Made by a program: the position numbers and the translations under genes. Below the pieces are notes generated by a model. It was given only the letters and a program-made list of their open reading frames with translations, was not told the DNA's origin and searched no databases. From IMG/VR virus record IMGVR_UViG_3300022602_002290, positions 1 to 61,151 of that record: 61,151 nt of DNA. The stretch is one strand, 5' to 3'. Below are positions 1 through 6,241 of the stretch, piece by piece. Within the stretch, counting starts at the first letter, position 1; each line of letters opens with the position of its first letter. The stretch is from a virus (taxonomy: Duplodnaviria > Caudoviricetes).

Positions 1-140
1 TGCTTTCGTCATTACTGCCTGCCTTATCCGCCGTTGCTCGAGGCCTTCATGCCCTGGATACCAGGTACCCGTCGGTACGCTTCCATCTCTCCAGGCGCCT
101 AGCGGTGTAGGTAACCTTTAATGCTTTTCTAACTGTCTAT
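1..140 (-). ncRNA. Putative structured non-coding RNA (runs off the left edge of the window)
   Basis: Lies directly downstream of the perfect sigma70 promoter at 147-175; no convincing RBS-led ORF. GC-rich, with nested complementary segments on the minus strand (CCGCT/GGCGG, AGGC/GCCT, CCTGGA/TCCAGG) and a GTACC-GACG-GGTAC hairpin. Confidence 0.45.
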
Positions 141-146
141 GTCTTT

Positions 147-175
147 ATTATAGCACCGGTTTAACCATTTGTCAA
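147..175 (-). promoter_or_regulatory. sigma70-type early promoter TTGACA-N17-TATAAT
   Basis: Minus strand reads TTGACA aatggttaaaccggtgc TATAAT: perfect consensus with a 17-nt spacer. Confidence 0.9.
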
Positions 176-203
176 CCCCGGGCTATAATACCCTTTCTTT
201 CTA

Positions 204-275
204 CTAGGACTTTGGTGCTGTAGGACAGCTCTTAAATCCGTTCCAGTGCCACTTGCGACAATGTGTACATTCCAT
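204..275 (-). CDS. Small Cys/His peptide (23 aa, MECTHCRKWHWNGFKSCPTAPKS), not in the ORF track
   Basis: Has its own consensus promoter (302-330) and a strong RBS (AAAGGAG-cacat-ATG); ends at TAG 204-206. Confidence 0.6.
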   Translation of the reverse strand: MECTHCRKWHWNGFKSCPTAPKS

Positions 276-301
276 ATGTGCTCCTTTGTTGCTAAGTCTT
301 T

Positions 302-330
302 ATTATACGATCGGTTTAACCATTTGTCAA
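302..330 (-). promoter_or_regulatory. sigma70-type early promoter TTGACA-N17-TATAAT
   Basis: TTGACA aatggttaaaccgatcg TATAAT; near-duplicate of the promoter at 147-175. Confidence 0.9.
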
Positions 331-331
331 C

Positions 332-550
332 CTATCCTCTAAATAACCCTACGAGACATACGGATATAGCTACAACGTTAACAATCATCTGTGGCTTATT
401 TGCCACACGATAGCTCCAAGCTAGATAGCAGATCCCGCCCAATAGACCAAAGAGCGGATCCAGCTGGAACTCCCGGAAGAAGTTCATGAGCACGTACATG
501 GCTAGGATGCATGCTGTACCTACCCATTGTAACAGATCATTAAACTTCAT
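332..550 (-). CDS. Small membrane protein (about 3 TM helices)
   Basis: Hydrophobic 72-aa ORF overlapping the end of the upstream gene. Confidence 0.75.
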   Translation of the reverse strand: MKFNDLLQWVGTACILAMYVLMNFFREFQLDPLFGLLGGICYLAWSYRVANKPQMIVNVVAISVCLVGLFRG

Positions 551-1229
551 TCTTAATCCTTATCACGAATCCGCTGTAGTCCTTCTTGGCACGTCCCTTT
601 GCCTTGAGTCCGATCATTCCCACCTTGGGATCTAAGAATCTCAAGTCATCGTTATCAGCTGAATACATTCCCTCCGGGATCTGATCGTATACTGCGGCCA
701 CGTTCATGCCCTCTTTCAACGCTGTAACCACGTCGGATGCATTTGATTCTGCTCGGCTGAATGTCAGGTGATAGTTATTAATGCCACGTGCCTTGATCTT
801 GCGACCTAATACTTTAGTATAATCATAGAACTGAACGTTAGGGAACTGCTCGATGATCCCGTACTTCTCCCAGGCTAGATCTGATGTACCGTTGAGTCGA
901 AACGCTGGCACTTTGCCGTTCTTCTCAGCCTGCTTGATGGCCTTGCGGATATCAACTGCGAGATCACTCATGAATGCATCGCGATTCTCGAAGAAGTACT
1001 TGGTCTTGCGTATACGAGCCTTTTGAATAGCATTCGTAGACTCACCCCGCTTAAACATGCCGCCACGACCCGCTGTATTGAGACAAGCCGCTGTACACCC
1101 TGCGGTTCTCTTTGCGCATACCTCGTAACCGCTAAGATCAGCTGGGGCGAGATGGAGAATGTATGTAACGTAGCCCCTGCCCTCGCCTTTGAGTGTTTTG
1201 GGATTAGCTGTAGAAAGTAGTTTAAACAT
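540..1229 (-). CDS. Phage Gp88-like protein (Cys-motif, radical-SAM-like fold suspected)
   Basis: Motifs C..RTAGCTAACLNTAGRG, RLNGTSDL.WE, FYDYTK and DDLRFLD are typical of the gene-product-88 family; RBS AAGGAG. Confidence 0.75.
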   Translation of the reverse strand: MFKLLSTANPKTLKGEGRGYVTYILHLAPADLSGYEVCAKRTAGCTAACLNTAGRGGMFKRGESTNAIQKARIRKTKYFFENRDAFMSDLAVDIRKAIKQAEKNGKVPAFRLNGTSDLAWEKYGIIEQFPNVQFYDYTKVLGRKIKARGINNYHLTFSRAESNASDVVTALKEGMNVAAVYDQIPEGMYSADNDDLRFLDPKVGMIGLKAKGRAKKDYSGFVIRIKNEV

Positions 1230-1254
1230 GAGTGCTCCTTAAGTGTATGTGACT

Positions 1255-1283
1255 ATTGTAACATGGTTTTACCATGTTGTCAA
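1255..1283 (-). promoter_or_regulatory. sigma70-type early promoter TTGACA-N17-TACAAT
   Basis: The spacer ACATGGTAAAACCATGT is itself an inverted repeat. Confidence 0.85.
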
Positions 1284-1286
1284 CCC

Positions 1287-1520
1287 CTAATCGTAATCTT
1301 TCTTCCCGCCGAACTTCTCATTCCAGTGATAGCCTGCGGTATAGGCCACGATCTCTTCAGCAGTCATATCAGCAAGACCCACGCGAGTGGTGGTATGTGT
1401 GTCACCGCTGTAATAGTGCGGATCAAATGATCTGTTGTACCAACTATCGGCACTGCCGCGATCAAAGGGGCCGCCATGTCTTTGATCATATCTTGTTCTA
1501 GGATCTTCAATCAGAATCAT
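1287..1520 (-). CDS. Hypothetical phage protein (77 aa, RHGGPFDRGSADSWY motif)
   Basis: Start moved to ATG 1520, behind RBS GAGGAG and next to the stop of the upstream gene. Confidence 0.75.
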   Translation of the reverse strand: MILIEDPRTRYDQRHGGPFDRGSADSWYNRSFDPHYYSGDTHTTTRVGLADMTAEEIVAYTAGYHWNEKFGGKKDYD

Positions 1521-1521
1521 A

Positions 1522-1860
1522 TCAATCTCCTCGTGTATCTGTGTTGAGAGCCGGCTTAACTTCCCGGCGGATGCGTACTTCTTCCTTGTGAGCCTCAGCC
1601 TTGCCACGTACGATAGCATGGATGCGTATCACGATCTCTTCTTTGCTGGATAGTGTGCGAAGCTGTTCACAGAGCAACCAGTTCTTGGTCTCTGTCTTAG
1701 CACGATAGAAATGCTTGGCGGCACGTGCCTTCACGCTCTTAAGAACTGTTGATTCGGTCTTAGCTGTGACGCCAATGTAGTTGAGACCATTAACTTCTAG
1801 TTCGTAGATGATGTGATTGCGATCTACTCGTTTTTTACGGGAGGCTTTTTCTAAGTTCAT
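1522..1860 (-). CDS. GIY-YIG-like small endonuclease
   Basis: IIYEL...YIGVT, a conserved R (KARAAKH) and a C-terminal E...PALN; probably leaderless (ATG 6 nt after the -10). Confidence 0.65.
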   Translation of the reverse strand: MNLEKASRKKRVDRNHIIYELEVNGLNYIGVTAKTESTVLKSVKARAAKHFYRAKTETKNWLLCEQLRTLSSKEEIVIRIHAIVRGKAEAHKEEVRIRREVKPALNTDTRGD

Positions 1861-1866
1861 GTGTGT

Positions 1867-1895
1867 AGTATAGCATAGGTTTTACCAGTTGTCAA
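1867..1895 (-). promoter_or_regulatory. sigma70-type early promoter TTGACA-N17-TATACT
   Basis: TTGACA actggtaaaacctatgc TATACT. Confidence 0.85.
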
Positions 1896-1910
1896 CCCCT
1901 ATCATGAAGG

Positions 1911-1928
1911 TGTTGCGAAAATACAACA
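1911..1928. promoter_or_regulatory. Palindromic operator-like box TGTTG-N8-CAACA
   Basis: TGTTGCGAAAATACAACA, 15 nt upstream of a -35 box; a similar box lies at 2194-2211. Confidence 0.5.
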
Positions 1929-1937
1929 CCCCTCGCT

Positions 1938-2123
1938 TTAAGCGTCTACTGTTATTACTTCAATTTCTGTTACAACGTCGTCTAAGCCGTCTGCATGTGC
2001 GTCTGCTATTAATACGTGCATAGCATCCTCCGCCTTTTCGCGTGTGCTGTGTGCGCTTACGTTATACATAGCGTCCTCGTCGTCACCCCACCCCTGTACT
2101 TGCACAATGTATACTTTTTGCAT
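1938..2123 (-). CDS. Small acidic early protein (61 aa, MQKVYIVQVQ...STREKAE...)
   Basis: Start moved to ATG 2123, behind RBS AGAGGAG, with its own promoter; 14 D/E versus 3 K/R. Confidence 0.8.
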   Translation of the reverse strand: MQKVYIVQVQGWGDDEDAMYNVSAHSTREKAEDAMHVLIADAHADGLDDVVTEIEVITVDA

Positions 2124-2150
2124 TTTCGCTCCTCTAGTGTTTAAGTGTGT

Positions 2151-2179
2151 AGTATAACACAAAACAAAAACCCTGTCAA
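2151..2179 (-). promoter_or_regulatory. sigma70-type early promoter TTGACA-N17-TATACT
   Basis: TTGACA gggtttttgttttgtgt TATACT; lacks the GGTWAAACC spacer motif seen in the four promoters to its left. Confidence 0.85.
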
Positions 2180-2193
2180 GTGTAGGGTCTTTG

Positions 2194-2211
2194 TGTGGCT
2201 TTTCTGCCACA
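2194..2211. promoter_or_regulatory. Palindromic operator-like box TGTGG-N8-CCACA
   Basis: TGTGGCTTTTCTGCCACA, 14 nt upstream of a -35 box. Confidence 0.5.
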
Positions 2212-2280
2212 GGCCCCGGCACTCCCTAAGTTAGTGATCGCTAACCCACGGCATCTCGTGTGCGCACTCTCGCTGTGGCC

Positions 2281-2304
2281 AAAAGAAAAGGCCCCGAAGA
2301 GCCT
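2281..2304 (-). terminator. Rho-independent terminator
   Basis: AGGCTC-TTCG-GGGCCT hairpin (UUCG loop) followed by TTTCTTTT. Confidence 0.85.
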
Positions 2305-2565
2305 GTTCTCAGTAACGGCCTCTGCTGAGGTCCAGAGCCGTTCCCTCCGTGGTTTCTGCGCATTGGATTGCGGTCTCAGTTCATCTGATCATGAATCCAC
2401 GTTAGCCTAATCGTACCGTGCTGTGAGAGTATGAAATCTCACCAGCTCCTACCGCGTATCGCTACGTGGGCATCAACGCTGTGTCTATGACATGCACTTA
2501 GGGCCGCCGCCGGCTTATAGTATCAGCTACAGTCCCGCGACAACGGCCTTCGCTTTCGGCTCAAG
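2305..2565 (-). ncRNA. Putative ~260-nt structured ncRNA between the tRNA and the terminator
   Basis: No credible ORF; GC-rich. Stems: GCT-GTGAGA/TCTCAC-AGC, CGTA-GCGA-TACG, TGGATT/AATCCA, CCTAA/TTAGG, plus a 3' H-type pseudoknot (2308-2342). Confidence 0.55.
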
Positions 2566-2572
2566 GTTTAAT

Positions 2573-2649
2573 TGGTGGGCCCACCTGGATTCGAACCAGG
2601 GACCAAAGGATTATGAGTCCTCTGCTCTAACCAACTGAGCTATAGGCCC
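2573..2649 (-). tRNA. tRNA with CAU anticodon, most likely tRNA-Ile2 (lysidine type); elongator Met not excluded
   Basis: GGGCCTATAGCTCAGTTGGTTAGAGCAGAGGACT-CAT-AATCCTTTGGTCCCTGGTTCGAATCCAGGTGGGCCCACCA: cloverleaf, TTCGA T-loop, encoded CCA. Confidence 0.95.
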
Positions 2650-2670
2650 TTAACCCTTATTATACAGCCA

Positions 2671-3651
2671 TTACTGACGTAATCCTAGTCCTGCCAGCAA
2701 TGATTGTGCTGAATTCAGCTTTTTACCTTGTGCTGTAGCGCCTAAGAATGAAGTTGGTCCCTTGTTGACTGCAGAGCCATAGGGCGTGTAGGTCTGCCCA
2801 TTAGATTGATTATTAGCTGGAGTAGGCTGAGCTCGCTGTGCAGGTGCTGGTTGTGCAACGGGGTTTTGTCCTTCTGTGATCGATCTGATCTCAGTGCCTG
2901 GTGGATCTTCTACATCAACGAATGTCCATGGCCCTAGGAGCACAGGATTACCATCTACACGGCGATTCCACTTGCGTATATAGTAAAGATCAGGACCAGA
3001 CCATAGCTTGAGCTGATCGATCAAGTTGGCGAAACAGCTATCGATCAGGATGGCAGTCTCGGCTCCTTCAATGATCTTTAACCAATCAAACACACTATAT
3101 CCCTCTAGTTCACGTAGTTCAATGCACTGAACTTCAGGATCGATTATGCTGAGATCGATCGGATAGCTAACATCCGAAGCCGTGCCCTGATAGACCATAT
3201 AGCGATCTTGTTTGACTTCCTGCTGGTATAGGGCAGTCTCTGCAACGGGGTTTCTAGCGATACACTTATCTAACTCCCACTTTAGGCCGAATGGTAAGTC
3301 CACAGCCGCATACTTGTACTGATCGAACTTGAACTGTGCAAAGTGGCTACGATTAGTCTTTTCTGGATGTGAGCTCAAATACTGATACAAGTATACCGTA
3401 TCTTCCTCACTTATGCCCAAAGCCCGCAACTGCTTAACGGGGTTTTCATAAAAGAACTCACCACGATCATCTACGGGCACAGCGATCCAACCGACCCAGG
3501 GGGCGACTTCCATCATCTGATTGACGAACTGTTCACATACTGGCCAATAGATCTCGTAACCTTGATCCTTATAGTGTCGTGCGATCGGTAGTGCTATGAT
3601 AAGATCACCGATACCTCTGCTTTGTATAAAGCCTTTTTTCATATTCTGCAT
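2671..3651 (-). CDS. Glycosyltransferase family 9-like (heptosyltransferase-like) with a low-complexity C-terminal tail
   Basis: N-terminal RGIGDLIIALPI and IIEGAETAILIDSCFANL motifs; start at ATG 3651 (GGAGG RBS, TAATG overlap). Confidence 0.65.
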   Translation of the reverse strand: MQNMKKGFIQSRGIGDLIIALPIARHYKDQGYEIYWPVCEQFVNQMMEVAPWVGWIAVPVDDRGEFFYENPVKQLRALGISEEDTVYLYQYLSSHPEKTNRSHFAQFKFDQYKYAAVDLPFGLKWELDKCIARNPVAETALYQQEVKQDRYMVYQGTASDVSYPIDLSIIDPEVQCIELRELEGYSVFDWLKIIEGAETAILIDSCFANLIDQLKLWSGPDLYYIRKWNRRVDGNPVLLGPWTFVDVEDPPGTEIRSITEGQNPVAQPAPAQRAQPTPANNQSNGQTYTPYGSAVNKGPTSFLGATAQGKKLNSAQSLLAGLGLRQ

Positions 3652-3760
3652 TAACATTCCTCCGGGTGCATTTGACAATACTTACCACCCCAACCATCGG
3701 GAGCTCGTATATATTGACGCTGGACACCTTCCTGCAGAGGCCTATACACAACGGGGTTTT
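2857..3760 (+). repeat. Four dispersed direct copies of AACGGGGTTT(T)
   Basis: Copies at 2857, 3244, 3436 and 3750, all in the same orientation and inside coding sequence. Confidence 0.8.
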
Positions 3761-3836
3761 GTGATCTATACTGTGGCGCAGAACCACAAGCTGTTAGTGA
3801 TACTATAAGAACCAGTAGAGATAATGTTTTAAGCAT
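3651..3836 (-). CDS. Small lipoprotein (61 aa)
   Basis: MLKTLSLLVLIVSLTA-C: signal peptide II with lipobox LTAC; ATG 7 nt after the -10 (leaderless). Confidence 0.75.
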   Translation of the reverse strand: MLKTLSLLVLIVSLTACGSAPQYRSQNPVVYRPLQEGVQRQYIRAPDGWGGKYCQMHPEEC

Positions 3837-3843
3837 AGTATAT

Positions 3844-3872
3844 ATTATACTGGAATTACCGTGGAGAGTCAA
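3844..3872 (-). promoter_or_regulatory. sigma70-type promoter TTGACT-N17-TATAAT
   Basis: TTGACT ctccacggtaattccag TATAAT. Confidence 0.8.
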
Positions 3873-3874
3873 TC

Positions 3875-3990
3875 AAAATTGGTAAAAAACGGTCTGAAAG
3901 TGAGCCAGAATCAGGGCAAAAATGGAGCAAAACTGTGGTAAAACTGTGAAAATATAGGCTAAAAAAATTTTGTGGGGTGGTGGGGGTGAC
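3875..3990. other. Phased A-tract array (intrinsically curved DNA) followed by a G-rich tract
   Basis: A-tracts start at 3875, 3884, 3897, 3909, 3918, 3929, 3940, 3949 and 3961 (mean spacing ~10.75 nt), followed by GGGGTGGTGGGGG. Confidence 0.6.
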
Positions 3991-4034
3991 AGGCTATGCG
4001 AGATTACTTTCCAAACTAATCAAAGGATTTCCCA

Positions 4035-4253
4035 CTATGCTTCACCTTTTCTTTGATATTTCTCAACCACATTCTCTATCACACGATCAAATATCCACTC
4101 ATTCTTATTATCGTTTAATATGCATTGTGCCAGTATAGCTCTAAGCAGTCCCAGCTCATACTGTGTGGCTAGGTCTGCATCACTGTAAGGATTAACCTGA
4201 TCTATGCCTCGGGCTATACGCTCGCTTGTTCGGACTATTAGACTATTGCTCAT
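4035..4253 (-). CDS. Hypothetical protein
   Basis: 72-aa ORF with RBS AAGGAG. Confidence 0.7.
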   Translation of the reverse strand: MSNSLIVRTSERIARGIDQVNPYSDADLATQYELGLLRAILAQCILNDNKNEWIFDRVIENVVEKYQRKGEA

Positions 4254-4363
4254 ACCTGCTCCTTAGTGTATACTTGTTGTATATAGATTATTTACGGTGA
4301 GTAGCTCAAAGAGAATACTTCAAATTAAGTAGAAAGGGCACTTATACACTCGTAAATAACGGT

Positions 4364-4900
4364 ATGAGTATAAAGATTAACGGAAAGATTGTTCGCAGTG
4401 ATGGTTCACGTCCTCGTCGTCCAGCGCGAGCTGACCAGTCATTTGATCACTTGCAACTAGAAGGACAGGGCTACAATAAACATAAGTGGCTAAACGGTCA
4501 GAACCCTAAAGATCCCAATAACTGGGCACGTAGAGGGCATATACCTTTAAAGTCGTATAAAGACTTTGAACCTGGGGAAAGTCGTTATCGTAAGCCGGTA
4601 GCACCACGCTGTCCTGTATGTGACTCTGAATGCACTAACTGGACATTTGCACACTCGGGCACATGGTGGTGTCATTCATGCTCAGCTAAGATCAAAGGTG
4701 TTTATTCACCAGAAGCCATGTTACCACTGGATGCAGGCGACTATTTAGAGCCCAGCTTATCGGATAGACACGGAGCACTATTATGTAAGCGTTGTGCAGT
4801 GGAAATGCTACCCAGATCAGACAATCAAGGCTACGACTGCCCTACGTGTGCTACTACACACAAGAATCCTGCACCCGTGCGTCCAGGACCCATTATTTGA
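4364..4900 (+). CDS. Zinc-ribbon protein (four CxxC pairs)
   Basis: CPVC, CHSC, CKRC and CPTC; TAAATA 5 nt before the ATG. Confidence 0.7.
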   Translation: MSIKINGKIVRSDGSRPRRPARADQSFDHLQLEGQGYNKHKWLNGQNPKDPNNWARRGHIPLKSYKDFEPGESRYRKPVAPRCPVCDSECTNWTFAHSGTWWCHSCSAKIKGVYSPEAMLPLDAGDYLEPSLSDRHGALLCKRCAVEMLPRSDNQGYDCPTCATTHKNPAPVRPGPII

Positions 4901-4907
4901 GGAACTT

Positions 4908-5555
4908 ATGAGTTTTTTACCCAACACACCCGCCAGAGGATTAAAGTTGCGTCCACAAGGACAACGCTATTACTTCTCCACTACACGTCATTTCTTCCGT
5001 GAAGAAGACATTCCACGCTTACGTGCTTTAGTACCCGAACTTGTGGATGCTACAGTAGCTGAACCTGATGAGTCAGGAACTGTGGCACAACAAATAGCTA
5101 ATGCAGATATTAGGGCTTCTAGAGTAGGCTTTATTGAACCTAGCTCTGATGCAGATTGGCTATATCGTCTTATATCTAGCGGTATTGCGCATCACAATCA
5201 AACCTACTATGACTATGCTATAGAGGGCATTGAAACTGTTCAATTCTCTGAATATCCTGCGGGGGCGGGCTACTACAAGCCACACATGGATTGGGGAGCT
5301 GGCACTATATTTGGACGTAACGATGTTTGCCGTAAGCTGAGTTTTACTATACAACTATCTAAGCCTGACTCTTATGAGGGCGGAGATCTAGTCCTACATG
5401 GTGGACGTGAATTATCGGAAGAACAACGAGTACAGATGCGAGAATTTGGATGCCTTACTGTATTCCCTAGCTGGTTGTTGCATGAAGTAACGCCTGTAAC
5501 GCACGGTACACGACGCTCCCTAGTAGGATGGGTAATAGGACCCGACTTCTTATGA
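4908..5555 (+). CDS. 2OG-Fe(II) oxygenase (prolyl-4-hydroxylase/PKHD-type)
   Basis: H-M-D...RKLS...YEGG...FPS..LHEVTPVT.G.R.SLV; start at ATG 4908 (GAGG RBS). Confidence 0.9.
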   Translation: MSFLPNTPARGLKLRPQGQRYYFSTTRHFFREEDIPRLRALVPELVDATVAEPDESGTVAQQIANADIRASRVGFIEPSSDADWLYRLISSGIAHHNQTYYDYAIEGIETVQFSEYPAGAGYYKPHMDWGAGTIFGRNDVCRKLSFTIQLSKPDSYEGGDLVLHGGRELSEEQRVQMREFGCLTVFPSWLLHEVTPVTHGTRRSLVGWVIGPDFL

Positions 5556-5668
5556 TCTACGAGTTGGGATGAATACTCGTAACCTGTGCGGCATGTGTGA
5601 TAGTCGTACCGCCCATACACTGGTTGGGCTATTGGCTACAAGATCGATTAGGAATTAATGATGAGTAA
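5552..5668 (+). pseudogene. Small membrane-protein-like ORF interrupted by an in-frame TGA (MIYELG*ILVTCAACVIVVPPIHWLGYWLQDRLGINDE)
   Basis: ATGA-coupled to the upstream gene and overlaps the start of the next; TGA at 5570-5572 sits where Trp fits a hydrophobic helix. Confidence 0.45.
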
Positions 5669-6227
5669 AAGATATCAATACTCGACAACACCTGGCGTGT
5701 TTACCGCTGAAGAAATAGCCCGTATCAAAGCTTCTGTAACTGCGCTGGAACCTGGCAACGCAGACTTTAGTGGAGTCAAGCGTTCTAGCAGTATCTGTAT
5801 GCTTACCGCTGAGGATGAAGCAAATATATGGATATTCGATCGACTAAATGACGTACTTAAACAGCATAATGTTAATTTCTACGGCTATGATATAGAATAT
5901 ATACAGCCTCTACAATATAGTGTCTACTCTGCTGACACGGGCGGAGAGTATGCTTGGCATCAAGATTGGGGAGCCGCTGTTTACAATAATCGCCCGGAGT
6001 TTGCTCGCAAATTATCCTTTACTGTGCAGTTGACGGATCCTAGTGAATATGAGGGTGGCAGGCTTGAGATTAACTATGGGCAGGATTATGCGGCAGAAGC
6101 TGAAGAATACCTAGAAGTTGGTACGCTGATAAGTTTTCCCTCTTTTATGTTACATAGAATAACGCCTGTGACGACGGGTACTAGAATATCGTTGGTCGGA
6201 TGGTGTATGGGCCCTGACTATAAATGA
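5658..6227 (+). CDS. 2OG-Fe(II) oxygenase (paralog of 4908-5555)
   Basis: H-Q-D...RKLS...YEGG...LHRITPVT.G.RISLVGW. Confidence 0.9.
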   Translation: MMSKRYQYSTTPGVFTAEEIARIKASVTALEPGNADFSGVKRSSSICMLTAEDEANIWIFDRLNDVLKQHNVNFYGYDIEYIQPLQYSVYSADTGGEYAWHQDWGAAVYNNRPEFARKLSFTVQLTDPSEYEGGRLEINYGQDYAAEAEEYLEVGTLISFPSFMLHRITPVTTGTRISLVGWCMGPDYK

Positions 6228-6241
6228 TTAGATGAAAAATA

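Noticed and set aside
147-1895. CRISPR array made of the repeated ~30-nt elements
   Set aside because: The repeats are degenerate promoters separated by whole genes at irregular distances, and no cas genes are present.
2305-2565. RNase P RNA, tmRNA or theta/HDV ribozyme identity for the tRNA-adjacent RNA
   Set aside because: CCGGCTTA occurs on the + strand, but the GAGGAAAGTCC partner is missing; there are no tRNA-like tmRNA ends or tag ORF; no HDV-like fold starts right after the tRNA 3' end.
3973-3990. G-quadruplex at GGGGTGGTGGGGG
   Set aside because: It lacks four runs of three or more G; at best a weak two-tier structure, so it is kept only as part of the bent-DNA element.
5552-5668. 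Selenocysteine insertion at the UGA
   Set aside because: The hairpin surrounds the UGA rather than following it as a bacterial SECIS would, and the context favours Trp.
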